Translations under genes and position numbers: made by a program
Notes under the pieces: generated by a model
The model's input: only the letters and a program-made list of their open reading frames with translations
Databases searched by the model: none
What the model was told of the DNA's origin: nothing
Assembly (NCBI GenBank): GCA_002633005.1
Contig: NMRA01000012.1
Coordinates: 824,564 to 888,563 of the forward strand
Reading direction: 5' to 3'
Length of the DNA: 64,000 nt
DNA from: Phoronis australis
Lineage: Eukaryota; Animalia; Phoronida
Shown here: one piece after another, positions 1-10,921 of the stretch
How positions within the stretch are numbered: position 1 is the stretch's first letter
How the letters are laid out: each line of letters starts with the position of its first letter

Positions 1-344
1 GAGGCTTCTCGCTTCAAAAACGCACTTCTCTTGGGTGGCGACGGGGCACTGCCGGGAATCAACACAGACGGAATGGTATCCTTCTTCAGGCGTTGTTTCG
101 CAGGGACCTTCATCAGTTCAGCGTACAAATTCCTTTCGTAATCGCACGGCAGAAAGTGCTTGCCACACACTCGTTAATTCTCCACTGCTTTGTACGTTGC
201 GTGGACGGGTAACGCTGCGTTCTTCACACGAACGAGCCAAGTACGGCGAAGTGTGTCATCCATCGGAAAGCGATGCAAAGGTACTCCCAAAGCGCGCGGG
301 AGCCGCTAATTAGTACATTCCGGTACCCAGCAACAGTGTGGCAT
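1..344 (-). pseudogene. THAP zinc-finger relic of Kolobok transposase
   Basis: Minus-strand translation from ATG at 344: MPHCCWVPECTN*...LHRFPMDDTLRRTWLVRVKN...EN*RVCGKHFLPCDY...RLKKDTIPSV; C2CH THAP signature with two in-frame stops. Confidence 0.85.
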
Positions 345-609
345 GTTGACTGACTAGTAAATGAAAGCAAACGACGACGGAACTTAACACAACCGAGGTA
401 GAACAATGACTGACTCGGCAGCTCTCACAGTCAGACTACATGAAAAGAAATTGGCACAAAATGCTTGCCTCCTAAAACGTCACTTCCGCAGTAGCGGACG
501 AGTAATTAATAAAATTACGAAAAGCTGTAATTAAGTGGAAAATATGTCTAGGATAACCAACCAACCTTATTTTAGCTCAAAATGACACGGAAAAAGGTTG
601 CCTTCGCCT
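1..609 (-). mobile_element. Kolobok-type DNA transposon, non-autonomous, partial (runs off window edge)
   Basis: Ends ...GGTTGCCTTCGCCT|TTAA (TTAA 610-613); near-identical to 29383-29646; carries a THAP relic. TTAA TSD with AGG..CCT termini fits Kolobok. Confidence 0.8.
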
Positions 610-1036
610 TTAAACATCTGATCTATTTTCTTGTCGCCTGACTTCAAATCAGACGGCAGATCTACATTTTTACCTTGGAAACCCTTAATTTCAATGACGT
701 CATGATTTGTCGTTGCCAGGCTCTGTTCGCCTGTGGTGATGATTGCACGTGATTGGCCAGAACTGACAGCAAATGGGACGCCTTTGTGGATGCTCGTTCT
801 AAGCTACTCGTCTGCCTTTCGAACTTACACCGTCTCCACACCTGAGCGCGGCATAAAAATCCAAATAACGTAAATGCAAGAATAAACAAGCTCTTACCCT
901 TGGCTAGAATATGAAGTAGTCAGAACCATACGGAACACCTCGGGTATTTTCGCAATCTGAAATTTTCCTCGGTGTATTCCGGATGAGTCAGAACCTGGGA
1001 ACGAGGTAAAGGACACTGAAATGCTTTGTAACGTAC

Positions 1037-1206
1037 TTGAAAATCAACCAGTAGACTGGGTCGCCAGACGAAGGTGGCTGGGCTTTCTCGGTCTCGTTTC
1101 TGAGGTCTGTCAGAGTTGTACAAATTCTCACCGACTGCTCGGTAATATTCTGCGGAGGAAGAGTGAACCGAGACCTCAACTTGCACGCCAAGATTGGTGT
1201 TGCTGT
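1037..1206 (-). CDS. Secreted orphan protein, paralog A, internal exon (TATPILACKLRSRF...DPVYWLIF)
   Basis: Acceptor ttttttgcag, donor GTACGT; 170 nt, phase 0 to 2; same frame open in paralogous exon 18567-18748 with only in-frame indels. Confidence 0.65.
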
Positions 1207-1665
1207 CTGCAAAAAATCGGCACGAATATGAAACAAAACATGGTTGTGCTTTTTGTTGTAATCGATAGTACGTTTTTCACTCCGATGAGTTTCATTTGAC
1301 GGATATCACTACGTGAACTACGTATTTCGTGGACCTGTTTCTTTGATCAAAGATCGACTAAGTTCTGCCTTATCTAAATTAGATTTTAATATGCAAACAG
1401 TCGTCATTTTTGAACGTGGTCGTTGAGTTTGAACCGAATACGAGAAATTATCAATTTCAGATATGGGCTCTTCTAGAAAAAAGTAGCGTTTTTTACAATA
1501 ACGTGCCCACGAACGTCTGCTATGACTAGACTTATGACCTTTTATAAAACGTATCTATGTCGTAACTAAAAAATAAAGTCATGTTTTGATGCGCAAGTCT
1601 GCTGACAGACTCCTTAATGACGTAATAATTGGTTAATCAGTTGATCCATCTTTTAAGAAACTTAC

Positions 1666-1674
1666 CGGAGTCAA
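1666..1674 (-). CDS. Candidate 9-nt microexon (LTP) of paralog A
   Basis: tttttttgcag|TTGACTCCG|gtaagt; frame-preserving, falls within the signal peptide. Confidence 0.45.
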
Positions 1675-1843
1675 CTGCAAAAAAAATCAACGAAGGTTTT
1701 TGTGATACATGATTAACAGAAAGGAAAATATCCATTAGAACAAGTGTAAATGCAAGTAACATAAATTGTTGCGTCTTTGCATTTGACCTAAACAGGGCTA
1801 ATGTACACTTTACAATCGTTGTTTTTAAATATTGTGAACTCAC

Positions 1844-1879
1844 CCATAGTGCAACGAAGGCTAGGATGAAAAGTTTCAT
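1844..1879 (-). CDS. Secreted orphan protein, paralog A, first coding exon (MKLFILAFVALW)
   Basis: aagATG, hydrophobic signal-peptide start, donor GTGAGT; conserved with 20112-20147. Confidence 0.7.
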
Positions 1880-1952
1880 CTTTCAAGCAATGTGTAGACC
1901 TACTTCAGAACGAAACCAAGATTGTTTTTGTCTCCTGTATGGTGCGTCTGTA

Positions 1953-2016
1953 TTATATACATGACTCTGGGTGACGTAAGTATATTTCATAAACCAGGTG
2001 TAATGGAAGTAAATTG
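1953..2016 (-). promoter_or_regulatory. Promoter of paralog A: TATA box, CRE/bZIP-like, E-box and ETS motifs
   Basis: TATATAA (minus) at 1953-1959, TGACGTAA at 1972-1979, block ATAAACCAGGTGTAATGGAAGTAAATTGT identical in paralog B. Confidence 0.55.
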
Positions 2017-2314
2017 TCCAAGTTTCCAAAGTTAAAGTGTAATAAACCAGATGAAAATTTCAACGACATTCGCACTCATGTGACCAACTGACCCAAATGA
2101 CTGTTTCATCAAATGAGTGTTATTAGCTAAGTACTGATCAAAATTTGTAGGAGTGGTTTTAGGGGCATGTGCCAACCGATTTAATCTCGCATTAATACGT
2201 TTTCAATAAGTACCCGTATCACCTCGAGCTCTCTCCGGGTTGAGGGGTATTAAGTGTTGCGCTAAGGTAGCACTGTACAGTTAGACTGTAGCCGCGGCCA
2301 ATTTGCTCAGAAAA

Positions 2315-2690
2315 GTCCCGTCCACACACACTGAGACTCTTGCACTAGTGCAACTTGTCCCACTTTAAGTGGAGCGTCCACACACATATTAACTAGCGCA
2401 AGGCGGAAGTTGTCACTCCGTGCATGACATTGAACAGCTGATGTGAATGCAGCGCGTAAAAGAAAACCCTTCTCTGTAACCGCAGCTGATAATCAAACCA
2501 GTTGGCCCCGGTTTGCGGCTACAGTGACACAGGGATTAGAAGTGGCGCAAGTTAACCTACTTCTACGGGGTGGAGTATTTTGCCACAAATGAGGCAAGTT
2601 GGACTAGTTTTTAATTAAAAATAGCGAGCAGAAAAGCCCCAAACCTAGCGACAACTCGTTCCAGGAGTAAGATGTCTGAATGTGAACGGA
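2315..2690 (+). mobile_element. Degenerate copy of Harbinger-like MITE (family of 35767-36082)
   Basis: Shares CCGTCCACACAC, TTGCACTAGTGCAA, TTAAGTGGAGCGTCCACACACA and CACAGGGATTAGAAGTG blocks with the SAC1-intron copy. Confidence 0.65.
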
Positions 2691-5022
2691 ATTGAAGCAT
2701 GCTGAATATTTTGATAGGCCACCTGGTGGCGGTTTTGAGGTAATTATTACTATTGGGTTCAGTAAATCTGGTTTCAGCATATTATAAACGAGAATAATGG
2801 GCTAGCTCGGCTGTATTACCTTTCTTTAAGATGACGGCCTCCTATGACACTGCATTTCTGCGTTGTGTGAAAGAAGTCTGCTGCGATTTCAGATAGCCCT
2901 CAACCAACTCAGAATTTATTTTTAACAAAGGATGGCAGCACCTTTTGGCTACGTTTTTTGGGATCTGTAGGAAGTTCGCTTTCAGAATCAAGTGTTGACT
3001 TATGTCTAGGATTGTCAGGTTTTGGACTGAAACTGGCAATTTTGCCACCTTTTTTCGGAGCCTAGTCGCTTTCTTTCGCTGGATGTATGCACACAGGTCA
3101 CAACGTTACATTTTGTTAAAGTTTGTTCAAAGTTTTCGACAGATTGGAAGAATGACGTCCAATCCAGCCACGAGTACACTTCCATGCAAAACATAATGAG
3201 AATTGCACGGCGTCTCCTAACTTCTGAGGAAGATGAGGGCACAAACCAATGACGTCAACGTATCTTGCGATAGACGTTTCGCTATTTGTGACAATGGGGT
3301 GATTACGTGCCTATAAAGTATCGAAGCTGGCTGGCTACTTTAATTGTAGTCACTCCTGTAGCAAAATTTTTGCGGTGTCAATGACCGAAGATATGTTCAG
3401 AAACCGACTTAACAAAATAATGCATTCACGGGCGGGCTCACCGGGATACAATCAAGCCATTGTTGAAGCCGACCGGGTCTCGACTGAGGCGACCCTCAGT
3501 TGTGCCCATCATGTTCTGGGCGAAGGGGAACTATTGAAACAAGGTTTCAACTGAATGCCATGAGACTTCAGGGATATTCCATTATAAAGCACATCGCTTG
3601 TTTGTAAAATGATTGCTAATTCCCGGTTCACATGCCGGTTAGAACGCTAGTTTTCCGCTAGCAGCAAAACGCCAATAATGCAAAACGATAAGGCCAGGCG
3701 ACAATCATTCTTGATATTTGGAAAGAGTAGTGGAATGGATTTCTCGGCTCACACTGAGTTTACCCGTTCTTCGGCTACGAATTGTGTATTGGTTATAGGA
3801 TAGGTACTGCTTGGTTCCTTATAACTTCTAACCATTTAATTCGGGTTAAAACGTGCGACTAGGACATTAAGATATCATTCTTGGAACATGGAGTCAATCC
3901 GACCGTGACCGGCCGCGACGGGACTGATCAGGTTCCGAGCCACTGGCCGGGTTAACAAGCGTTTTGTGTGTTTACTAGAACTCAAAAAATCGCAAGTTTA
4001 AACAACACAGATCTAAGTTCTCCTGTCTGTATTTCACGGAAGAATACTTCGAATTTATCTCCGAACAGACCTCAAACTCCTGCTACGGACCTTGGTAAAT
4101 TGGCCTGCCGAACTCAGGTTTGTAGGCTACGGTGTGTCCAAATACCAGTAAATCCGTAACAGCGAATTCGGTAAAACAACACGTTTTTATGAGAACTCGA
4201 TGTATCTTTAAGGGTTTTCATCGATAAGCTGACACCAGTAACCCTTGTTATGAACTGCTGAGCAGACTGCGTGTGAAACCAATGACGTTATTGGATAATT
4301 TCAGCACCTCCGTCTGCCGTCAGGTAACGCAACCGAACGTGCTGTTATCGAGTAGAACTACTCGATCTAAATTGATACAAAATAGGTTGTTTTTTTGGGT
4401 GGCATTCTCCTTCAATGTCGCACGGTCACGTGATCACGTAATAATGGCCTTCGTAGTTTTGGCGCATAGGGTTCTAACCAGTTGGCCCGGTAATCAAACA
4501 CGACGGCCGGTCTTCCTTAGAGACTCGCTTTGAAAGTATCGAAGGATTGGAGTGACATCTAGTGTTTATTTTTCGTACCCGTTTGTTCGTTTTGTTCAAA
4601 ATCGGCAATTTGTACGGCCATTGTGAGCACCGGTGCGGCCATTTGGTTTTGAGGTTCTGGCCAACCCGTACGTTTTGAGGTCCGACCACCAAGTTAGAAC
4701 ACACGGCGGCTACACGGCTACGCAGTGCAGATAGCTGATTTTGAATTCCGGGCAAGTAGTGAAGTCCGACGGTTGATTCCCTTTGCTAATATTGTCATCC
4801 ATATTTTGTACGTGGAGCCTTGATAAGTCACAACCGCAAAGTTCTTATAGACACGTGCATGTCGGGCCTAATGACTTGCATGGGCATAGCTGGCCATTTC
4901 TGTCAAGGACACACAAACCAAGTCACAAAATTTGAAGTTGATAAAAATTTTGAAACTTTAAGTCATGGTTCACTTTTTGACTATGAAATATCACAAACAA
5001 GTTGTATCAGAGCTGTGTACAT

Positions 5023-5176
5023 GCCTGGCGTGCGTTCAGTAACGCTAGGACTACGCTAGGACCTAGCTAAGATCTAGCCAAAGTCACGTGTTCTCATTTA
5101 AAATACTCGGCAATATCTCACGTAATCTCCCGAAGTCTTGCTTTTTAGCGAGGTCCTAGCGTAACTGAACAGGAGG
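5023..5176 (+). mobile_element. ~150-bp MITE, copy 1
   Basis: TIR-like GTTCAGTAACGCTAGGAC...GTCCTAGCGTAACTGAAC; second copy at 6993-7150, fragment near 14773-14855. Confidence 0.7.
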
Positions 5177-5464
5177 TCGGGGTTGTTTGTAAACTAACAC
5201 TTCATTTGCATATTCACAATTTAATGTGATACAACAACTTAAACCCTCATGGCTCTCTCATCATGGGGTGTACGGAAACCCACTAGTTGTCTCATATTCA
5301 CTGGGACATTTGGTCTTCCGTCAATGTACAGCATAAAACAAATTTTAAGCGAGTCTTTTTACTATGACTGTTTAAGCGTTGGTTTTAAATGGCAGACTTT
5401 CTATAATTTGGAAAGCTAGTAAGGAAAAAATTCCAGGACACGTATCCTCTAATCAAGAATTAAA

Positions 5465-6013
5465 ATCTCTGCAGGACCAAAAACAACTCAAAACCAGAAT
5501 TTATCACGTCTGGACGTATAATTTATCACGTCAGGACTATTTAAAACGCCAGGACAGAAACGTTATACTACAGGACAGAAAGTTTTCATGCCAGGAGACC
5601 ATGTGGCCACCCACTATCTACAATGACGACCCGCTGTGTCTCTGTAATACCCAGCCGTATTCAAATCTAAGTATAACCACGTGTACATTGGCTCCTGTTG
5701 TAAGAGAAGCGTGGAAGAGACCAATGAAATTCAACCTCATGGAGACGTCTTCAGGACATTGTTGAATGCTTTAGTCCCTGTATACCGAGTACCGACGTTA
5801 TAACTTTGAAGGGCCAATGCTCTTGAATTGTAACGTGGTCTCCTGGCATACAGTCTTCTGACGCGATAAATTTTCCTCCTGACGTAATGAATTTTCTGTC
5901 CTGTCGTGTTAAATTTTGGTCCTGAAGAGATAAATTTTCGGTCCTGGCGCGATAAATTTTCGGCCCTGATGTGATAATTTTGCGTTGAGTTGTTTTATTG
6001 GCCTTGTAGAGTG
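5465..6013. mobile_element. Foldback/EnSpm-like non-autonomous element with subterminal ~21-bp repeats
   Basis: Left arm has repeated CAGGAC units, right arm the inverted GTCCTG units; termini CTCTGCAGGACCAAAAACAACTCAA / TTGAGTTGTTTTATTGGCCTTGTAGAGTG. Confidence 0.55.
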
Positions 6014-6992
6014 AAAATAATGTCTTTTAAAGGTGTGGAATGCGAAAAACAGACTAAATTTTATTATCCAGAGTGGTTCTCTGCCACTGAAACAAAATTC
6101 AACCTGTTCACCAAGTATTTTTGCGGTTTGTTCGTAAAGATTTGAATTTCTGTTGATGTCAAAGTATATTTCAAAAATAAAAAGATCTGTCAATTGCTCG
6201 TCACTTCGTCTATTTTTCTCCCACCAGACAAAGCTCGTCTCCTTATTCAGTATGGAAAGACATTGACGTAGCGCATTTCCATTATATAGAAAATGTGAAC
6301 TTTGACCTTTAATGTAAACATAATAAAAGCGACTTCAAGTACCAGCCAGTCCGATTAGAGGAAACTGATGTAAACCCTAACCTTTTAAAATTAGTTATAA
6401 AGGTAACGTTATGTTCAAATATATTCTGAAATGCTCTTGGGATTATTTTGCTCGCTTCACTGGCTTGCCTCATACAGTGTTGTCGACCTGTATCGAAGAG
6501 CGATCTAAAATGATAATCTGTCATTAATACCCATTTGTCAGTCAGCTGTTTTTCGAATGACGGTGACCCAATGGACGCATTTATCATAAGTGGGAGGGAG
6601 ATTAGAAACTCAGTGGTGACTACAGAGTTTTTCCTTTGCGTGCATTTCAAAAATCGTGAATTTTGTGTTTTTTCTGGAAATTCACTCACAGGAGAAAGTG
6701 AATAACTCCGTAGTAATGTTCCGAGTTGGTACTTTTGTCTAGGACTGCTTGACAGATATTTTTGACGCTTTTTCTCATTCCATACCTCTTTAATTCTTGC
6801 ATCAGCGAAAATTCTAGTTTTGAGGTGTTTGTTTTTGGTCTTACAACGGAGTAAAAATAATGTTTTAGCCTGTTTTTAATCTTGAATAGAAAATATGTGT
6901 CCTGGAATTTTTTCCGCTTCGGTTTTCCATAAATTTGGGACTGTGATTTTGACGGTCACGCGAATAGAACAAAGGAGGATACGCTTTCACAA

Positions 6993-7150
6993 TCCTGACG
7001 TGCGTTCAGTAACGCTAGGTGACCTACGCCAGGATCTTGCTAAAATCTAGTCAAAGTCACGTGTTCTTATTTAAAATACACGGCAATGTCTCACGTAATC
7101 TTGCAAAGTCTTGCTTTTTAGCGAGGTTCTAGCGTTACTGAACGGGAGGC
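6993..7150 (+). mobile_element. ~150-bp MITE, copy 2
   Basis: Direct copy of 5023-5176. Confidence 0.7.
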
Positions 7151-7387
7151 TGGTATATTTCGTAACATAAGTGAAGGTAGAATAAATTTTTTCGAAAACT
7201 TCGTTTAATGGGGCTATTCGGAGAATTCTCCTCGCGGTGTCGCTGCTGTACTAGTGGTGATTGAATTGCGCATGCGTGGCTGTCTGCATGTAAACAACTG
7301 GTAAAAGATGGAATTTTTATCAAAATACGTCGTCGCGCTAAGCCTTATTACTGCTAATTTCCCTGGTGCAAGTCTTCGACAGGTGGC

Positions 7388-8240
7388 CACAAATTCCCAA
7401 AAGACCTAAGGTTACTATATTCGTGGACAATTGCGGTCAACAGGGTCAACTAACTGACAAAAAGTGTGTGGATGCTGAAGCCCCGTGTGTGCTCTATGTC
7501 TATGACTATGCAGTTCCATTCGGAGACTACACAACATTACTTGGTAAGTTTTTAGCAATCAGTTTCTATCAACATCGTTCGGTGATGTTATCCCCACCAG
7601 TTACCCCACTGAATAACAGTTTTATTGAGTGGAACTAAGTGTTTCTTTTTGGAAACTCACCCGATGCCGGGTAGGCTAGCAGCACATATTCATATTGGCC
7701 TGGGTGGGACAGTGCTCCCAAAATAAGAGGTGTATGGTACGTGATGCACAGAAGTCAAGAGTGACTTTTTCACAGCAGTTTCTCTTCAAAACTATGCTGT
7801 TTCCAATAAAATTCTCTAGATGAGTGAGTTTCCTTATTTTATCGTGGACCCCACCCCCAGGACCACCAGCTCAGTTATCGAATTAACATGAATAAGCCTT
7901 AATTCAGTAAATGTCGTAACATTGCATTGGAAAAAAATTGACACCTAGATAAGAATGAATTTTACTTGTTGAGATCAGAAGCACATTTTAAGTGTCATGA
8001 AAAATACACATTGTTAAATCACTTTTAGCCTGTTTCACATATTTTATGCAGTTATTAAATAAGACTTGGGTACAAAGGTTATTAGTTTCTACACATAAAC
8101 ATGAAGATGAAATGTCAAGTATGTTCTGCCTTACAAAAGTAGTTTTGTCTTGCCTTTTCTTTTACAATTTGCTAATATTTCTATTCTGTTACAGGCAAGA
8201 AAAAACAACTGAAACCAACCGCCTGACCATCTATTTCACC
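7388..8240 (+). pseudogene. THAP-domain relic of ISL2EU transposase (two exons)
   Basis: HKFPKDLRLLYSWTIAVNRVN*...RVCS...DYTTLL|G, intron, then KKKQLKPTA*PSI (THAP AVPSIF motif); stops and frameshifts. Confidence 0.7.
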
Positions 8241-8579
8241 GTTGGACAAAGTGAAAAGCAATCCTTCAGCAATAACCTGAGAGAATTGAACGTAATTCAG
8301 TAATTCAGCACCTGATATGCCTGATTATGGACTCCCTCGCAATGTTTCTTTCTGTGCTTTTTCAGTTTGCCATTTGTTTTTAAATACACTGATAATTGTT
8401 TATTCTCGAATCTTGTGCATAGCAGCTAGCTACAATTGAAAACATACAATAAGACAATCGATGCAGTCACTGAATGTCATTTCCCCATAATCTGTACCAA
8501 ATTGAAAAGTTTTTACCAATAGTATAAAGCCTTTCTTCTGAAAGGAAAATTTAATGTCACTCAGCTTTTGGCTTTCATT

Positions 8580-10290
8580 TCACTGGGTTCTAGTTTCAAT
8601 GGCCTATAAAAGCGCTTGTAAAAAAGGTCCAGTTTCAACACGTGGCTTTCTTTCATGTAACCTCATTCAGCCTCAATAACATCCACAATTAGACCCTTGA
8701 AGGTAAACACAGCAGCATATCACTTGAATCGTTTTGAGCCCAAAATCAGACTCTGAACTAGACCAGAGTGTGACTAGGTCTTCTTTAGCTTCAGTCCCTC
8801 ATGTTTCTTCCAGGAAAGGAAATAAACTATTGTCCACACATGACTCATTGCCTATGAAAGGGCATCCTCGCCAACAAGGCTTATTTGTGTAGCAGTCAGA
8901 TATAGTTCATCTGGATACACAGACACTCCACTGGCACATTGTCTTATGGTAACTTAGTACTGCGATTCACATTTCTCCAGGGCCACTGACTTGCACATTG
9001 TGCCAAGCAGCACTGCTGGTGTGTGGAAGTGCTGTGGGAAGAGAACGGAGTAACAAAGCTTGTCTATGATACAGCTTGAAGTGGTCTTAAAATGTCACTG
9101 CACCTGGAACAAATATTGAAATATGAATAATTAAGTACTCCAGATTGGATCAAAAATGTTATCCCTGTTTTTCAAAAATATATGGTGATTGGTCTACAGT
9201 TTCACATAAAAGTAAATATTTACTATTTTCAGAAACCAAGGGTGTATATAATGAGTATTGCATAAAACTGTGTCTTTATTTTTTATCCCTAGCCATAACA
9301 ATTCTTTAAACGCATCACTTGTCTGTAAAATATACAAGTTTTTTGAGACAACTTCAAACCTTTGTTACCCATTTTCAAGCCTTTTTAATTTTGATACTTT
9401 CAGCAATTTTAAACTCAGATTACAGGTTCATGGGTCTGTCAAGCATACTTCTAGCCTAAGGTTGAGGGAACCGTTTTTCTTCTAATAGAAGATATGAAGA
9501 CTTGGGTCATTTAAAAATGATGGATAATCTTTCTGTTGTTTAAGAGTAATTACAAATCGTAAGGCACCATCAAAAATGCAATTTTCACAAAAATGGCAGT
9601 CATTTGAATTTATAACGACTTGCAACATTTCAAGGCATGAGTTAAGACTATTCAGTCACTGTGAATTCGGAAAATGTAATATATTTTCGTGGTTTTACAA
9701 TTGATACAAGTAGCAAAACAGCATATCTCCTCTGCACGGTACAAGCCTTCAAACCTAAAAACCAAAGGTTACGTGAAAACTGACGTGATAGATTTCCATT
9801 TCAACGTGTAACAGATTGCCAGAAGACATATGATAGGGAGTAAACAAATAGTCTAATGCAATGGATATTTATCACTCACGTACCCTTTGCCATTGGGATT
9901 GGATTGTAATCTTAACTCATTAACCTGTATCGAGTTGACAGCATAAACATTCAGCATTGATTGATGTAACTGTCACTGATAAACTTTTAGAAATCATTCC
10001 AAACAATAATAATGCTTTGATGTACGAAAAGATCCCGATTGCTACGTCAAGTATCGTATCACATATCACAACATACAAAGATTAACCAGACTCTGGCTGG
10101 CGACTGACTGCCGCGAAGTCGACATCGGCGAGTGCCTCAGTTAACAGGCATCGGTAGAATAATCATGGAATAATCGTTAAAATAATCACAAACCTTACCT
10201 TTGTATGAGGTCGTGCTTACTTCCTCTCATAGAAGCACCCTTTTTACGCAATCTCAGATTTAGTTGGCACGGCTGCAAGCCATTTCACCA
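8580..10290 (-). pseudogene. SAP + YqaJ exonuclease relic (ISL2EU accessory gene)
   Basis: First exon LRKKGASMRGSKHDLIQR|gtaagg (SAP-like, ~10200-10270); last exon TPAVLLG..VALEKCESQY*VTIRQC..VYPDELYLTA..LVGEDAL...LKLKKT..VQ...LKLDLFYKRFYRP, matching YqaJ motifs with stops. Confidence 0.7.
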
Positions 10291-10737
10291 TGTATTTAAA
10301 GGGCTCGCGAAATCGAGGCTGTTAATCTATCACCACTAGTACACGCACGCCCTCTAGTTATTGTAGATTTTCCGAATAGCCCCATTGGTTGCCAGAAATG
10401 CCCTGCAAAAGCCGGCGCGTATAGGTGCAACTGTGTTAATGTCAGGACAATAAAACACAGATTATATTGCGCATGTCTATCCCTTTCGCTTGTTGATTTC
10501 ATCTGAACACAGTTCCACGTTCGTAGACAAATGACCTCGACCACACTGCCATTTTTGGCTTTTACTTTGGATTTTGTGTATATGATATAAGAGACAGTGT
10601 TATTGCGTTAACCTGATCTTTGTATGATCTCTTAATCAAGAGAGTGAGGACCAAACGGTGTCAATTTAATGATTAAGTGATATGATATATTTAATCAAAG
10701 CGTACTGATTGCGGCTACAGGGTCAATATAAATAAAT

Positions 10738-10921
10738 TCAGGACAAATGCTTCTTGACGTGAGTTGACTTTCGAATGGTACGTGTATAGGTGCAGCTGAC
10801 CCATCCTTTCGTCCAGAGTGAAGAACCAACCGATAGTAACGAAAATCGACGCTCGTCGCCACAGTTTCCAGGTAGTATGTATTGCGCGAAGCATTTGTTC
10901 CTCTGCTTTCCGCTAACCATG
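10738..10921 (-). CDS. Paralog B last coding exon (MVSGKQRNKC...KKHLS*)
   Basis: Acceptor tttgcatttgtttctag; phase 2 matches upstream donor; stop TGA followed by AU-rich element. Confidence 0.6.

Larger units (their letters stand above)
7210..10383. mobile_element. ISL2EU-type DNA transposon, decayed, both ends intact
   Basis: AT|GGGGCTATTCGGA...TCCGAATAGCCCC|AT (2-bp AT TSD), inner IR GTACTAGTGGTGAT/ATCACCACTAGTAC; convergent THAP (+) and SAP/YqaJ (-) relics. Confidence 0.8.

Noticed and set aside
799-841. Possible terminal exon for paralog A (KCGDGVSSKGRRVA*, amidation-like GRR)
   Set aside because: Weak acceptor, not conserved in paralog B, whose frame instead continues into 13729 and 10921 exons.
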